In this document: positions 24,224 through 36,376 of the stretch, piece after piece
How the letters are laid out: each line of letters starts with the position of its first letter
How positions within the stretch are numbered: the stretch's first letter is position 1
Assembly: GCA_951406725.2 (NCBI GenBank)
Contig: OX597819.1
Location: 12,090,001-12,154,000 of the forward strand
Length of the DNA: 64,000 nt
Direction of reading: 5' to 3'
Origin: Octopus vulgaris
Taxonomy: Eukaryota
Notes under the pieces: model-generated
The model's input: the letters and a program-made list of their open reading frames with translations, nothing else
Told to the model about the DNA's origin: nothing
The model's database searches: none
Program-made: the position numbers and the translations under genes

Positions 24224-25050
24224 GTATGTGGCCGCCTCCGAGCTCTGTAGTGATAATTATATATATATACATCGGCTATCTACGGCTGTATGGTGATAAT
24301 TATATATATTGTGGCTACCTACCAGCTGTATAGTGACAATTATATAATGTTGTTGTTGGCTGTCGATGGTCTTGGACTATAACGTACCATCTCATTTTTC
24401 CCTCAACAGTTTATTTACACGGTGTCTCGTAGGACCTCAACTTGTGATCTGTAATCGTCTATTGTATTTGTTATTCTGTCATATAAAGTACTTTGATTTG
24501 CTGTAAATTACTCATCTCAACCTGGTGTCTCTCGAGCTTTAGCTACAAAAATTCTGTCTTCGTTTGTTTAAAATTCTTATTACTAAAGTATTGTAGTCGA
24601 TATTGTTTATTTAAAATAATAATGAAATGAAATTATTGTATACAGTGCTCAGGGGCACCACAACGAAGCTGAAACAAAATCTCAAGTTTACTGAAATGAC
24701 AGTGTTGCGTTATACTCCAAGATCCCCCAAACAAATATAAGAAGAACCTTATTTTCAGGTGAGATGATATTTACATATTGTTTGTATTTTTTAGTATGAA
24801 TGATCCAATACCCGTGTCGGTACATTAGACTTTCTCATATTGAGAGTTAAAGGTCAGTAAACCTTCTCTTCTGTAAATCATTATTTCTCAGATAATTTGT
24901 CATTTTGTGTTTGATGCTGACTTTGATGACTCCCGCTTGTATTTCAGTTCGTTATTTCAGACGAAAATAAAGAATACGTGCAGCCGGTGTTTAGGGATTT
25001 TGTTACGCAAAAAAACTGGTAGTGTACATGTACGTTACTTCCCCCGTTAT

Positions 25051-25463
25051 GGCAATCTTTCGTCTCTTGTAGACCTTTCCGTCGATTTCCGTAAAAAAAA
25101 TTTTTTTTTTTTACATATGGGCTTGCGGGAACTTTTGAAGTAATGAGAGCGAAAGAGACTAAGAGAAAGCGATTGTATGACGAGGGAAGTTCTTTTGAAG
25201 TTACCGTGCATGGGAGCATTGATGTACATGTGTGTTTGATGGGGTGTGGGAGACAGACAGTATGTTGTGTAAGTGAAGTGCTTCTGTTAGTATGTGTGAA
25301 GAGACAGAGTAATGTGTGAAAGAGAGAGATAACTGAAATTTTTTACTCGGTGTATGTGTATATGTATGTATATTACTTCAAAAGTTCCCGCAAGCCCATA
25401 TGTAAAAAAAAATATTTTTTTACGGAAATCGACGGAAAGTTCTACTAGAGACGAAAGATCGCC
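25051..25463. mobile_element. MULE-like MITE with about 95-bp TIRs
   Basis: ggcaatctttcgtctc.../...gagacgaaagatcgcc; same family as 34170-34542. Confidence 0.8.
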
Positions 25464-26359
25464 CAAAACAGAAGCTGTTATCTATTTACAAAAACTGTAA
25501 ATGATTAACGTGCTAAAATAATCGGTATGGATGGACAAAGGGGAATTGATGGTTTGTTTACTGAAGTGAGATGATATGTTAATTGTGTCTATTGGTAGCG
25601 ACGATCTGGCTGAATAGTTAGAGCTAGGGACAAAGTGCCATACAGTGTTTCTCTTGGCTCTTTATGTTCTGAGTTCAAATCCTGCCAAGGTCACTCCGGG
25701 AATCTAAATAGAGACTGCCAATAGCTACTTACCACACACCCACTCCTGTGTCTAATAGGAAAACTTCTTTTAAAAAGTTCTTTATTCAGAAAGCGAGGTT
25801 GTAGATTCTTCTGACAAACAAATGAACATTTGTTATTTCATACAAATTTCTTATTTGGCAGTGAACTTCCTGATGGCAACATTTTAAAAATTAGTCAAGT
25901 GAAAGTAAAATTAAAAGATGTTTATTTAAATATTTCATCATTCCAATCAGTTTTTTTTAAATTTTATTTCTTTGTTGTTTGATTCTTTTCTTGACTCATT
26001 AACTCTGCAAGAAGGACCATTAAAGTATTTTGGTGATTCCATTGTCCTTCAATAAAAACAAATATGCCTTCTTCAGAGATCAACATTGTATCTCTTTAGC
26101 TTAATTTCTCAACTCCAACTTTTGTTAGTTCTAATGTGTTACAGCAGCTTAACTAACATTTGATTCCTTGTCTGAAAAGTCACACATTATACAAACTGTT
26201 TAGTAACTATGTATTTTATTTTATTTTATTTCAGGTCATTTCTGATAGAAGATACTATGAAGTTGGTGGTGTTAAGAGAGAGAGGTTTACTTGCAGATGT
26301 CTTCATGGACAGGAAGAAATAAAACTGTAATTTAACTTTGAGGTCTCATTGTTAAAAGA

Positions 26360-27472
26360 ATGTTTCTAAAAGTAGGTAAACATTATAAATGTGAAATTTG
26401 TGGGAAAATACTTACAAACTGTAAATTATCTCTTCATAAGTGGACTCATACAGGGGAAAAGGAATTCAAATGTGAAATATGTGGGAAAGACTTCTCGGCA
26501 AAAGCTTATTTAATAGTACACGAACGTAGTCATACTGGAGAGAAGCCATACCATTGTGAAATTTGTGGCAAAACATTTTCTGCAAAAGCTTATTTACCAC
26601 TGCATAAACGTACTCACACTGGGGAGAAACCATACCACTGCGAAATATGTGGAAAGCCATTTTCTGCAAAATCTGGTTTAATGGCCCACAAACGTACTCA
26701 CACTGGAGAGAAGCCACACCACTGTGAAATTTGTGGCAAGACATTTTCTCGAATCGGTAATTTAACAAGACATAAACACACCCACACTGGGGAGAAGCCA
26801 TATAAATGTGATGATTGTGGGAAAGCTTTTTCTTATCAGAGTGACTTACGCTACCACGAAGGGGTGCACTCGAAACCATACGACTGTGAAATATGCGGTA
26901 AATCATATGCTGTAAAATCTTCTCTAACAGTTCACAAACGTACTCACACTGGAGAGAAACCTTATCACTGTGAAGTATGTGGGAAAAAATGTCCAAGCAG
27001 TGGCTCCTTGTTAAGACACAAACGTGTTCACACTGGGGAAAAACGACACCGCTGTGAAATCTGTGGCAAAGCGTTCCCTGAAAAATACATTTTAACAATA
27101 CATAAACGTATTCATACAGGTGAAACTCCTTTTCACTGTGAAGTTTGTGGGAAAGAATTTTCAGATAAAGGCAGTTTAAGAGTACATAAACGGATTCATA
27201 CTGGGGAGAAGCCACACTGCTGTGAAATCTGTGGTCAGACATTTTCTCAAAATGGCCCTTTAACGAGACACAAACGTACACATACCGGAGAGAAACCCTA
27301 CACCTGTGAAATTTGTGGGAAAGAATTTTCACATAAGAACACCTTAAGAGAACATACACGTATTCACTTTGGGGAAAAACAATACAGCTGTGATATTTGT
27401 GGGAAATCATTTGTTTGCAGGGGTTATTTATCTAAGCATAAGCGTAAGATTCATGATGGAGAAAAAATTTGA
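26360..27472 (+). CDS. C2H2 zinc-finger protein ZNF-B, 370 aa, 13 fingers
   Basis: intact ORF; ttttatttcag acceptor ending at 26234; finger 6 CDDC with short HSKP linker. Confidence 0.93.
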   Translation: MFLKVGKHYKCEICGKILTNCKLSLHKWTHTGEKEFKCEICGKDFSAKAYLIVHERSHTGEKPYHCEICGKTFSAKAYLPLHKRTHTGEKPYHCEICGKPFSAKSGLMAHKRTHTGEKPHHCEICGKTFSRIGNLTRHKHTHTGEKPYKCDDCGKAFSYQSDLRYHEGVHSKPYDCEICGKSYAVKSSLTVHKRTHTGEKPYHCEVCGKKCPSSGSLLRHKRVHTGEKRHRCEICGKAFPEKYILTIHKRIHTGETPFHCEVCGKEFSDKGSLRVHKRIHTGEKPHCCEICGQTFSQNGPLTRHKRTHTGEKPYTCEICGKEFSHKNTLREHTRIHFGEKQYSCDICGKSFVCRGYLSKHKRKIHDGEKI

Positions 27473-28956
27473 TATTGAGGTTTGTGAGAAAACATTTTCT
27501 AAAAATCACCATTTATCTTATAAGTTTATTCACACTGTTAAAACCATGCAGTTATAATATTTTTGATAAATTATTTACATATTTGGGAAATAAATAGAAA
27601 GAAATATATTTATAATGTATTCTTTTGTTTGTTATCCTTGTAAAACATCATCATTGTTTTAACTTCAATATTAACATCCGACTTGGATGAAAGAGTTTAC
27701 TTTAGTGCTTATGATAGAATTGGCTAAGTTTTTTGATTAACCTAATTTTGGTAAAAGTTCGTTCACTCACCAATTAACAGTCTCAAAATCTTCACGCATC
27801 ATAGAAACCTGGAAAATATTTACATGACAATATGGCCAGTGCCACCTGACTGGCTCCCATGCTGGTAGCACATAAAAAGCACCCACTACACTCTTGGAGT
27901 GGTTGGCATTAGGAAGGGCATCCAGCTGTAGAAACATTGCCAGATCAGATTGGGGCATGGTGTAGCCTCCTGGCTTGCCAGTCCCCAGTCAAACCATCCA
28001 ACCCATGAATGTATAGAAAACAGACACTAAACGATGATGATGATGATAACTTGTGTAGTGAGGCTCTTGCTGAGTTTTGAACCATTAAACTGAACACCAG
28101 AATGAGCCATAGAGAAGTCTACAGAGAGCCTTGATGCTGTATTCCAAGGAGTGGTCTCTCATCCTCTTCTGAATTTCCTTACTGAACAAAATGAGGTGTT
28201 ACTTGTAGCTATATGAATCAGCTTTGAGATTCAGTGGTTCTCATTCCTTCTATCTGATTCATTGTCAATAATTAAGGTTGCAAGTGTGTCAGGAAAAATA
28301 CTTCGCAGCATTTCTTCCAACTTGGTGTTCTGAGTTCAAATTCTGCCATGGTCAACTTTACCTTTCATACTTCTCGGGTCGATAAAATAAGTACCTAATG
28401 AAGCACTAGGGTCAATCTAACTGATTTACCCCTCCCTCAAAATTGCTGGCCTTGTGCCAAAATTTGAAGCCAATAATTAAGGTGACAAGCTGGCAGAATT
28501 GTTACTACACTGGACAAAATGCTGCTATATTTAGATGTCACCAGGGTAGACTTTCATCCTTTCGGGCATCAATAAGCACCAGCATCATCATCATCATTAA
28601 ACATCCGCTTTCCATGCTGGCATGGGTTGGACAGTTTGACTGAGGACTGGCAAGCCAGGAGGCTGCACCAAGCTCCAATCTGATCTGGTAAGGTTTTTAC
28701 AGCTGGATGCCCTTCATAACACCAACCACTCCAAGAGTGTAGTGGGTGCTTTTTACATGATACTGGCATGATAAGCAGAAAGCCTGTGAGGAAGACAATG
28801 ATGAAAAACAACCATGTATCCTTGGCTTCAATCAAGGTAATCATCTGCCACTAGTAATAAGAACTTGCCCATAACTATGATTCTTAGAATCAACAACAGT
28901 AATTTAACCATGCAAGTAGAAAATTAATGTTCACCCACTCTTATACCAGATTTTGT

Positions 28957-30200
28957 ATCATCATCATCATCTTTTAACATCCGTTTTCCATGCTGGCAGG
29001 GGTTGGACAGGTTGACTGAAAACTGGTAAGCTGGGGAGCTGCACTAGGTTTCACTGATTTGGCATGGTTTCTACAGCTGAATGCCCTTCCTAACGCCAAC
29101 CACTCCAAGTGTGTAATGCATACTTTTTACGGGCCAGTTACATAACACCAGCGTTGCCCATGACTACAATCTCACTTGGTTTAACTGGTTTTCTCAAGTA
29201 TAGTATATCGCCAAAGGTCTCGGTTACATGTCACTACCTCCATGAGGCCCAACATTCAAACATTGCTATTTACATGCCTCTGGCACGGGTGGAAGTCAGA
29301 TGGCGCAACTATGATTTCACTTGGCTTGCCAGATCTTCTCAAGCACAGCATATTGCCAAAGGTCATGGTCACATGTCATTGCCTCCATGAAGCCCAACAT
29401 TCAAAGATCATATGCTTCACCACCTCGTTCCATGATTTCCTGCGTCTCCTGCTTCCACAGGTTCCCTCCAGCACGTTACACATCTGTCCTCGTCCATGTG
29501 CATCACATGACCATACCAGTGCAGTCTCTCTCGCACACCACATCTGATGCCTCTTTTCTCTCAAGATGCTTACACTCTGTTGTACAGGCACAGTGACATT
29601 ACACATCCAGCAAAGCATACTAGTTTCATTTCTGTCAAGCCTACACATGTACTCGGTGGTCACAGCCCATGTTTTACTGCTGTGTAGCATGGCTGTTCAT
29701 GCACAGGTATCATACAATCTGCCTTTCACTCTAAAAGAGGCCTTTTGTTACCAACAGAGGTAGGAGCTCTCTGAACTTTACCCAGCCTATTCTTATTCTA
29801 GCAGTTACACCATCAGAGCATTCACCTCTGCTGCTGACTTGGTCACCTAGGTAACAGAAGCTATCAACTACTGCTAATTTTCGTCACTGGCATTTGATGG
29901 AGTCTATTATCTGTGGTGTTAATTGTACCTGTGCAATTTCCACACACAAAACTATTTTCCGCTCACCTTCCTCTGATATTCCTCCACCTCTTATGTGTCC
30001 ATAGCTTACATCAGATACATCTTAAGGAGTTCTACCTGAAGGGATTTATGATTTGTCTGCTCTCCTACTTACTAAAACTGGTTTTTGCTAGATTAACTCT
30101 AAGGCCCTTTGATTCTAGACCTTGCTTTTATGCCTGAAATTTCTTCTCTAGTTCTGGTAGTGATTCAGCTATAAGAAAAGGTCATCAGCATAGAGGAGCT
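28957..30200 (-). mobile_element. Degenerate RTE LINE 3' portion
   Basis: MLHSSKTWAVT...RNETSMLCWMCNV ORF2 remnant plus family C 3'UTR and tail. Confidence 0.8.
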
Positions 30201-30870
30201 CCTAGGGGCAGCCCATCTTTAATTCCTCCGTAAAAAGCCCTGGGGACAGTGCCATGTAAAAAGCATTGGTGATGGTGCCACATAAAAAGCACTGGTGATG
30301 GTGCCACGTTAAGAAGCACTGGTGTTGGTGTCACATAACACCCAGTACACTCTGTAAAGTGGTTGACATTAGGAAAGGCATCTAGCTGTGTGGTAAGAAG
30401 CTTGCTTCCCAACCACATGATTATGGGTTCAACCCCATTGCGTGGCACCTTGGGCATCTTCTGCAATAGTGTCAGATCGACCAAAGCTTTGTGAGTGGAT
30501 TTGGTAGATGGAAACTGAATGAAGCCTGTTGTGTGTCTTTGATCTGTTTTTCTGCCACTTGACAACTGGTGTTGATGTGGTTATGTCTCTGTAACTTAGC
30601 ATTTTGGCAGAAGATACTAATAGAATAAGCAGCACGCTTTAAAAGAATAAGTATTGGGGTCGATTTGTTTGACTAAAATTCAAAGCAGTGCTCCAGCATG
30701 GCCACAGTCTAATGACTGAAACAAGTAGAGATTCAGAGATAAGAAATAAAAGAATTTACTTGATAGTTTAACGAAGAATTTTCCTGATAAACTTTAAACA
30801 GGAATTTTGATCTCACTTTGCAGGTAGAATGACGACAATAATGGTGGGGTTCAGAGTCACGGCACCCACA

Positions 30871-31056
30871 CAGGGCCATGGAGTTGAAACAAAAAACTCC
30901 AACTCCGACTCCTCTTTATGTACTCTGAGTAGTCCTATGTGTTATAACTGGTTTATATTGAAGAATAAAAATATCGTGAGTCGGAATCAGAGTCGGTACA
31001 GTTTTACTGACTCCAGCTACCCCTTAATAGTTTCCAACTCTGACTCTACAGCCCTG
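30871..31056. mobile_element. hAT-type MITE
   Basis: CAGGGC...GCCCTG termini, 8-bp TSD cacccaca at 30863-30870 and 31057-31064. Confidence 0.8.
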
Positions 31057-31064
31057 CACCCACA

Positions 31065-31452
31065 TAAGCTGGATTTTCTCCATTTTGACAGGGACTTATT
31101 CAATTTTGTTTTCACTACACCTTTGGAAATGATGGGAGCAGCATTTTATAAAAAAAAAATTTTAATATTTATGATTTTTTTTTCTACCTCCCCACTTCGC
31201 CATCACCCTCCAGACTGATTTTGGCCATTTCCTTTTTCTTTGCACTATGCACACAAAAACCATGGGAGAAGCCTTTTCTGTAAGAAAATGAAAAGGAAAA
31301 ATGATTTGAAAACATTCTTACAAAACAAGGTGTGTGATTTTCAAGAATTTTATTTTCACAAAGAGCTCCTCCCCATTGTTCCCATGAGCATAGTTGGGGA
31401 GGTGGGGGCGGAAATGGAAAAATCCCTGTCAAAATGAAGAAAATTCAACTTA
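31065..31452. mobile_element. TIR MITE
   Basis: taagctggattttctccattttgacaggga / tccctgtcaaaatgaagaaaattcaactta imperfect inverted termini. Confidence 0.65.
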
Positions 31453-31648
31453 AGTGGGTATCCTGATCCGAAACTCCACCACAGTGAGAGCTAAAAAAAC
31501 TTGTGTTCAAACCAAAATAGCAGTTGTAGTATAAAAAGTTTTGTGTCACATTGTTACGTTTATAAATGAAAATATCAATTAATTATTTATGTGGCATATG
31601 AGACATTTGAAGGGACTGGACCACACTGACTGCAAAGTTTTTGTACAT

Positions 31649-32503
31649 CAGGGTTTACCAAACTACAGCCTGTCAAGTCAGTTCATTTGGCCCACCAGTG
31701 CAAAATCACCTCCCTCCAACAAGTCATCCTAACGAGACGTCTGGGTCATGCCCTCCGTCGTCAACCAGGAGAATTCATCTATGAAGCAATTGCTCCAGCT
31801 CCCCTTCAGGGTTGGCGAAAGCGATGTGGTGGACAACGAAAAACCTGGCTGATGACAGTCAAGGCTGATCTGGAACCCCCATGTCTACGGCATTATTCGC
31901 TGGAATAGGGAGTGGTTGGAGATCACGAGGTCGTTAGCCTCAAATCGCCAGGCCTGGTCGGCGTTTGTGAGAGATGCAGCATTGAGGATGAATGAAGCCA
32001 GCTCAACCCAACCCAGGTGAATGCTGTCTCAAGTCAAGTCAAGTATCTGGCCCACTGCTGCACTGTACCATTTGTGTAAGTACCTGCAATGAGAGTTCAT
32101 GCGCCTCTGGTATGGCATCAGTATTTGGAACAATTTATGTCTGTGAGCAAACATTATCAAAAATGAAGTATGTGAAGTCAGCACATCGAACAAGATTGAC
32201 TGATGAACATTTGAAAGCAATTCTCTTTGTTGGTTGCAGTAATTCCAAAGCAAATATTGATGATATCTTAAAAAGCTAAACACCAGTTTCATAAATCTCA
32301 CTAACCGTTTTTGGTGCTTAGTTTGTGAGATTCAGATATGTGCGCACTGAGTGTTACTAACATGGCCTTTGATAACTTTTTAGTAAATAAATATGCTGAT
32401 TGTCTTTTTGTGAATCCATTGTATTGTATTGAACAAAATGGTTATGTGGCCCGCAGTCGTCATTCAGTTATCTGGCCTGCTGTGAAAAGTTTGGTGACCC
32501 TTG
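31649..32503 (+). mobile_element. hAT (Charlie/SPIN-like) deletion derivative with nested RTE fragment (about 31696-32047)
   Basis: TIRs cagggtttaccaaact / agtttggtgacccttg, 8-bp TSD ttgtacat; transposase C-terminus FGTIYVCEQTLSKMK...RLTDEHL; nested LINE with (CAAGT)n tail and tggcccac duplication. Confidence 0.85.
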
Positions 32504-33417
32504 TTGTACATCGTTGGCTGCTTGCCTTACTGAGGTGTCAGGGCACTCGGCTTTTCCAGTGCCTTAGCCCGTGGTAATATTGCGAGTGTGTTGGCTTGTT
32601 TCAGTAGGTTCCATTGAATCTTGTGGTGTTCCTTCTCCTTCTCGAACCATGCCAGGCTCATAAGGGCCGGTTTCCCAGTTTCAGACGGGACACCGGTCCG
32701 TCGCAGGATTACTCATTTTTGCCAGCTGAGTGGACTGGAGCAAGGTGAAATGAAGTGTTTTGGTCAAGAACACAACGCATCGCCCGATCCAGGAATTGAA
32801 ACCACAACCTTACGATCATGAGTTCAACACCTTAACCACTAAGCCATGAGCCTCCACCTTGTGGTGTGCACTTGGTGCAGCATTGATGCTTTCTTTTTCT
32901 CTTTTTCTCTCCTTTTTTTTTATTTTCTTTGTTTTTCTTTTGTAAAAACTATATTAGATAAAATAAAGTATCACTGGCTTTTTACACATTCTGAAAGCAT
33001 TTATGTTTTTAAACACCCACACATTGGAAAACAATTTATCACAAATATTGATTTCAAATCTTGGGGTGGGAGTAAATCAATTACATTGCTATTTTATCGA
33101 CCCTGAAAGGATGAAAGACAAAGTCAACCTTGGCGAAAATTGAACTCAAATGTGAAGACAAACAAAATAATTTATCACAAATATTAAAGTTGTATATTTT
33201 TCATCTTCTAGGAATTAAGTTATGAGTAGCTAATAATAATTTATATATTAATACGCTACAGGAAAATGTGGTTAGTGAAGAGAGATTTCTTAACGAAAGA
33301 AGGTAAGAATTGTTTTCTCTCTGTGGAACTGCGAAACAGGTAGTATGGAAGACAAGGATGAGAGGGTTGATGTCAGGCAACTTCATCTCTGGTCCTGGTT
33401 TGGTGGGATTTTTTATA

Positions 33418-33792
33418 TCTTTATATATAAAAGTAAGGTTGTGTGTCTGTCTCCTATGATTTAGATTCCTAACTACTCCCACATTTTGCGGTGCAGTTTA
33501 ACCAAAACCAGGTATCTTATAGTCATGATTCATATCGAGCCCTTTTGGGTATTAGCGCGCGTCTACGATTTTAAAAATAATTTACCATCATTTTTTTCCA
33601 TTTTAATGCATTTTTCGCTATTATATAAGGGAAGTAACTCTCTAAAAATGTCTACGATGAGTCAACGATTTTTTAAAAAATTTACCATCATTAGTTTTCC
33701 ATTTTTTTGCTATTTTTTGGCTATAACTCTCTAAAAATGCTTATATAGTTATTTCCCTTACAAACCCGAGCAACGCCGGGCGATACTGCTAG
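33418..33792 (+). mobile_element. Non-autonomous Helitron
   Basis: A|TC...CTAG|T; same family as 19122-19525. Confidence 0.85.
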
Positions 33793-34169
33793 TTTCACCT
33801 AAAGAGACAAATAGGGCTGGAGAGGAGGTGCCTGAGTAAGAAAGTATTTGATGAAAGATGGAAGAATGTCGTGTATAAAAGGTCTCTTGTGGATGCGATA
33901 TAAGCTAAAAAAAACTGAGGTCAGTGAAGAGGTGGGGTCCGTAAACCCGCCCCACTCCATTTGTTTTTAAAAACGTCCATTGTATTGTCTGTTCATTCGT
34001 TTATATAAAATCATGTTAAATGTTTATCGACCCCAAATTGCGCTTTAATGTATCATTCGTGATTGTACCGTTCGTCTCTTTGTACGTCCTTAATGGACAA
34101 TAAAAAAATCTAGTGAAGAGAGAAAAGGAGACAGAGATAGAGAGAGCGAAAGGTGGAGAGCAGTGAGAG

Positions 34170-34542
34170 GGCGATCTTTAGTAGACCTTTCCGTCGATCT
34201 CCGTAAAAATTTTTTTTTTTTTACATATGGGCTTGCGGGAACATTTGAAGTAATGAGAGCGAAAGAGATACATTACTCTCTCTGTCTCTTCACACACACT
34301 AACAGAAGCACTTCACTTACACAACATACTGTCTGTCTCCCACACCCCATCAAACACACACACACTCACATCAATGCTTCCCATGCACGGTAACTTCAAA
34401 AGAACTTCCCTCGTCATACAATCGCTTTCTCTTAGTCTCTTTCGCTCTCATTACTTCAAAAGTTCCCGCAAGCCCAAATGTAAAAAAAAAAAATTTTTTT
34501 ACGGAAATCGACGGAAAGGTCTACTAGAGACGAAAGATTGCC
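34170..34542. mobile_element. MULE-like MITE
   Basis: long TIRs, 9-bp TSD cagtgagag at 34161-34169 and 34543-34551. Confidence 0.85.
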
Positions 34543-34892
34543 CAGTGAGAGCTTAGAGTAAAGGATTGCTATTTTCATTTTGACTTTGCCTTTCATCCTT
34601 TCGGGGTCGATAAATTAAGTACCAGTTACGCACTGGGGTCGATGTAATCGACTTAATCCGTTTGTCTGTCCTTGTTTAGCCCCTTGTGGGTAATAAAGAA
34701 ATAGGTATATGGTTAAATAGTTGGAGGAGCACACAGTATTTAACGCATGCGCGTTAGTGAATTAACTGTCGTCTGCTCAGTGAAAACTTACAAACATGTC
34801 CGACAACAAACGATGTAAAACTTAACAAGAGAAAGGTAAAGTGTTTTCATAGATTTTTTTCAAACAACCGTATTTGTTAAAACTTTACCAAT

Positions 34893-35296
34893 ATAGGCGC
34901 AGGAGTAGCTGTGTGGTAAGTAGCTTGCTAACCAACCACATGGTTCCGGGTTTAGTCCCACTGCGTGTCATCTAGGTCAAGTGTCTTCTACTATAGCTTC
35001 GGGCCGACCAAAGCCTTGTGAGTGGATTTGGTAGACGGAAACTGAAAAGAAGCCCGTCGTATATATGTATGTATATATATAATATGTTTGTGTGTCTGTG
35101 TTTGTCCCCCTAGCATTGCTTGACAACCGATGCTGGTGTGTTTATGTCCCCGTTACTTAGCGGTTCGGCAAAAGAGACTGATAGAATAAGTACTGGGCTT
35201 ACAAAGAATAAGTCCCGGGGTCGATTTGCTCGACTAAAGGCGGTGCTCCAGCATGGCCGCAGTCAAATGACTGAAACAAGTAAAAGAGTAAAGAGT
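34893..35296 (+). mobile_element. SINE family A, full length
   Basis: A/B boxes; flanking direct repeat aaccgtatttgttaaaacttta (22 bp) at 34866 and 35297. Confidence 0.88.
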
Positions 35297-35553
35297 AACC
35301 GTATTTGTTAAAACTTTAACCAACATACTGAAATAATAATATTATAGATAATGTCTTTCATTTTGTTCCATATTGTTTACTTCTTAACATAAAGTAAAAG
35401 ACAACAGACAAGTCACAAAGAAGATGCTATTTCTTAATACTACTTATATATGAACTTTTACATCATCTCAAAGCTACAATGGTTCAGAAAAAATATACAG
35501 GTTCATCTTATAATTTTCAAAATAACCGTGATATTACCGCGGGTTACTACAAA

Positions 35554-36040
35554 TCTTTATATATAAAAGAGAGGTTGTGTGTCTGTCTCCTACGATTTAG
35601 ACTCCTAACTACTCCCACATTTTGCGGTGCAGTTTAACCAAAACCGGGTATCTTATAGTCGTGATTCATATCGAGCCCTTCTGGGTATTAGCATGAGTCT
35701 ACGATTTAAAAAAAATTTACCATAATTTTTTTCCATTTTAATGCATTTTTTCGCTATTATATAAGGGAAGTAACTCTCTAAAAATGTCTACGATGAGTCA
35801 ACGATTTAAAAAAAAATTTACCATCATTGTTTTCCATTTTAATGCATTTTTTCGCTATTACATAAGGGAAGTAACTCTCTAAAAATGTCTACGATGAGTC
35901 AACGATTTTTAAAAAAATTTACCATAATTTTTTTTCCATTTTTAATGCATTTGTTTGCTATTTTTGGGCTATAACTCTCTAAAAATGCTTATATAGTTAT
36001 TTCCCTTACAAACCCGAGCAACGCCGGGCGATACTGCTAG
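35554..36040 (+). mobile_element. Non-autonomous Helitron with internal roughly 100-bp tandem duplication
   Basis: A|TC...CTAG|T with subterminal hairpin. Confidence 0.85.
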
Positions 36041-36080
36041 TTGGTAATTATTAGAAAATGCTTTCTTACAAATCTCAGCA

Positions 36081-36376
36081 TCAAGCTTTCTCTCCATCAT
36101 GAACCTTACGTTTATGCCTGGATAAATAACCACTACGAGTAAACGATTCCCCGCAGGCTTCACAGTCGTACGGTTTGTCTCCAGAGTGAATCCCTTCGTG
36201 TCTCGTTAAAACACCTTTTTGAGAAAACATTACACCACAAACTTCACACTTGTATGGTTTGTCTCCAGTGTGAGTACGTTTGTATATTCTTAAGCTGCTC
36301 TGAAGTGAAAAATTTCCCCCACAGACCTCACAGTTATAAGGTCTCTCCCCAGTGTGAACACGCTTATGGAGAGAGA
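36081..36376 (-). pseudogene. 5'-truncated C2H2 ZNF remnant, about 3 fingers, ending GYLSRHKRKVHDGEKA*
   Basis: in-frame HTGERPYNCEVC...HTGDKPYKCEVC...CEACGESF; C-terminus and 3' flank resemble ZNF-B (HKRKIHDGEKI*); no ATG. Confidence 0.8.

Noticed and set aside
26466-27410. Long antisense ORFs over the ZNF genes (also 15285-15839, 45445-46161 and others)
   Set aside because: Shadow frames produced by the 84-bp finger periodicity and codon usage; no independent splice signals or recognisable domain.
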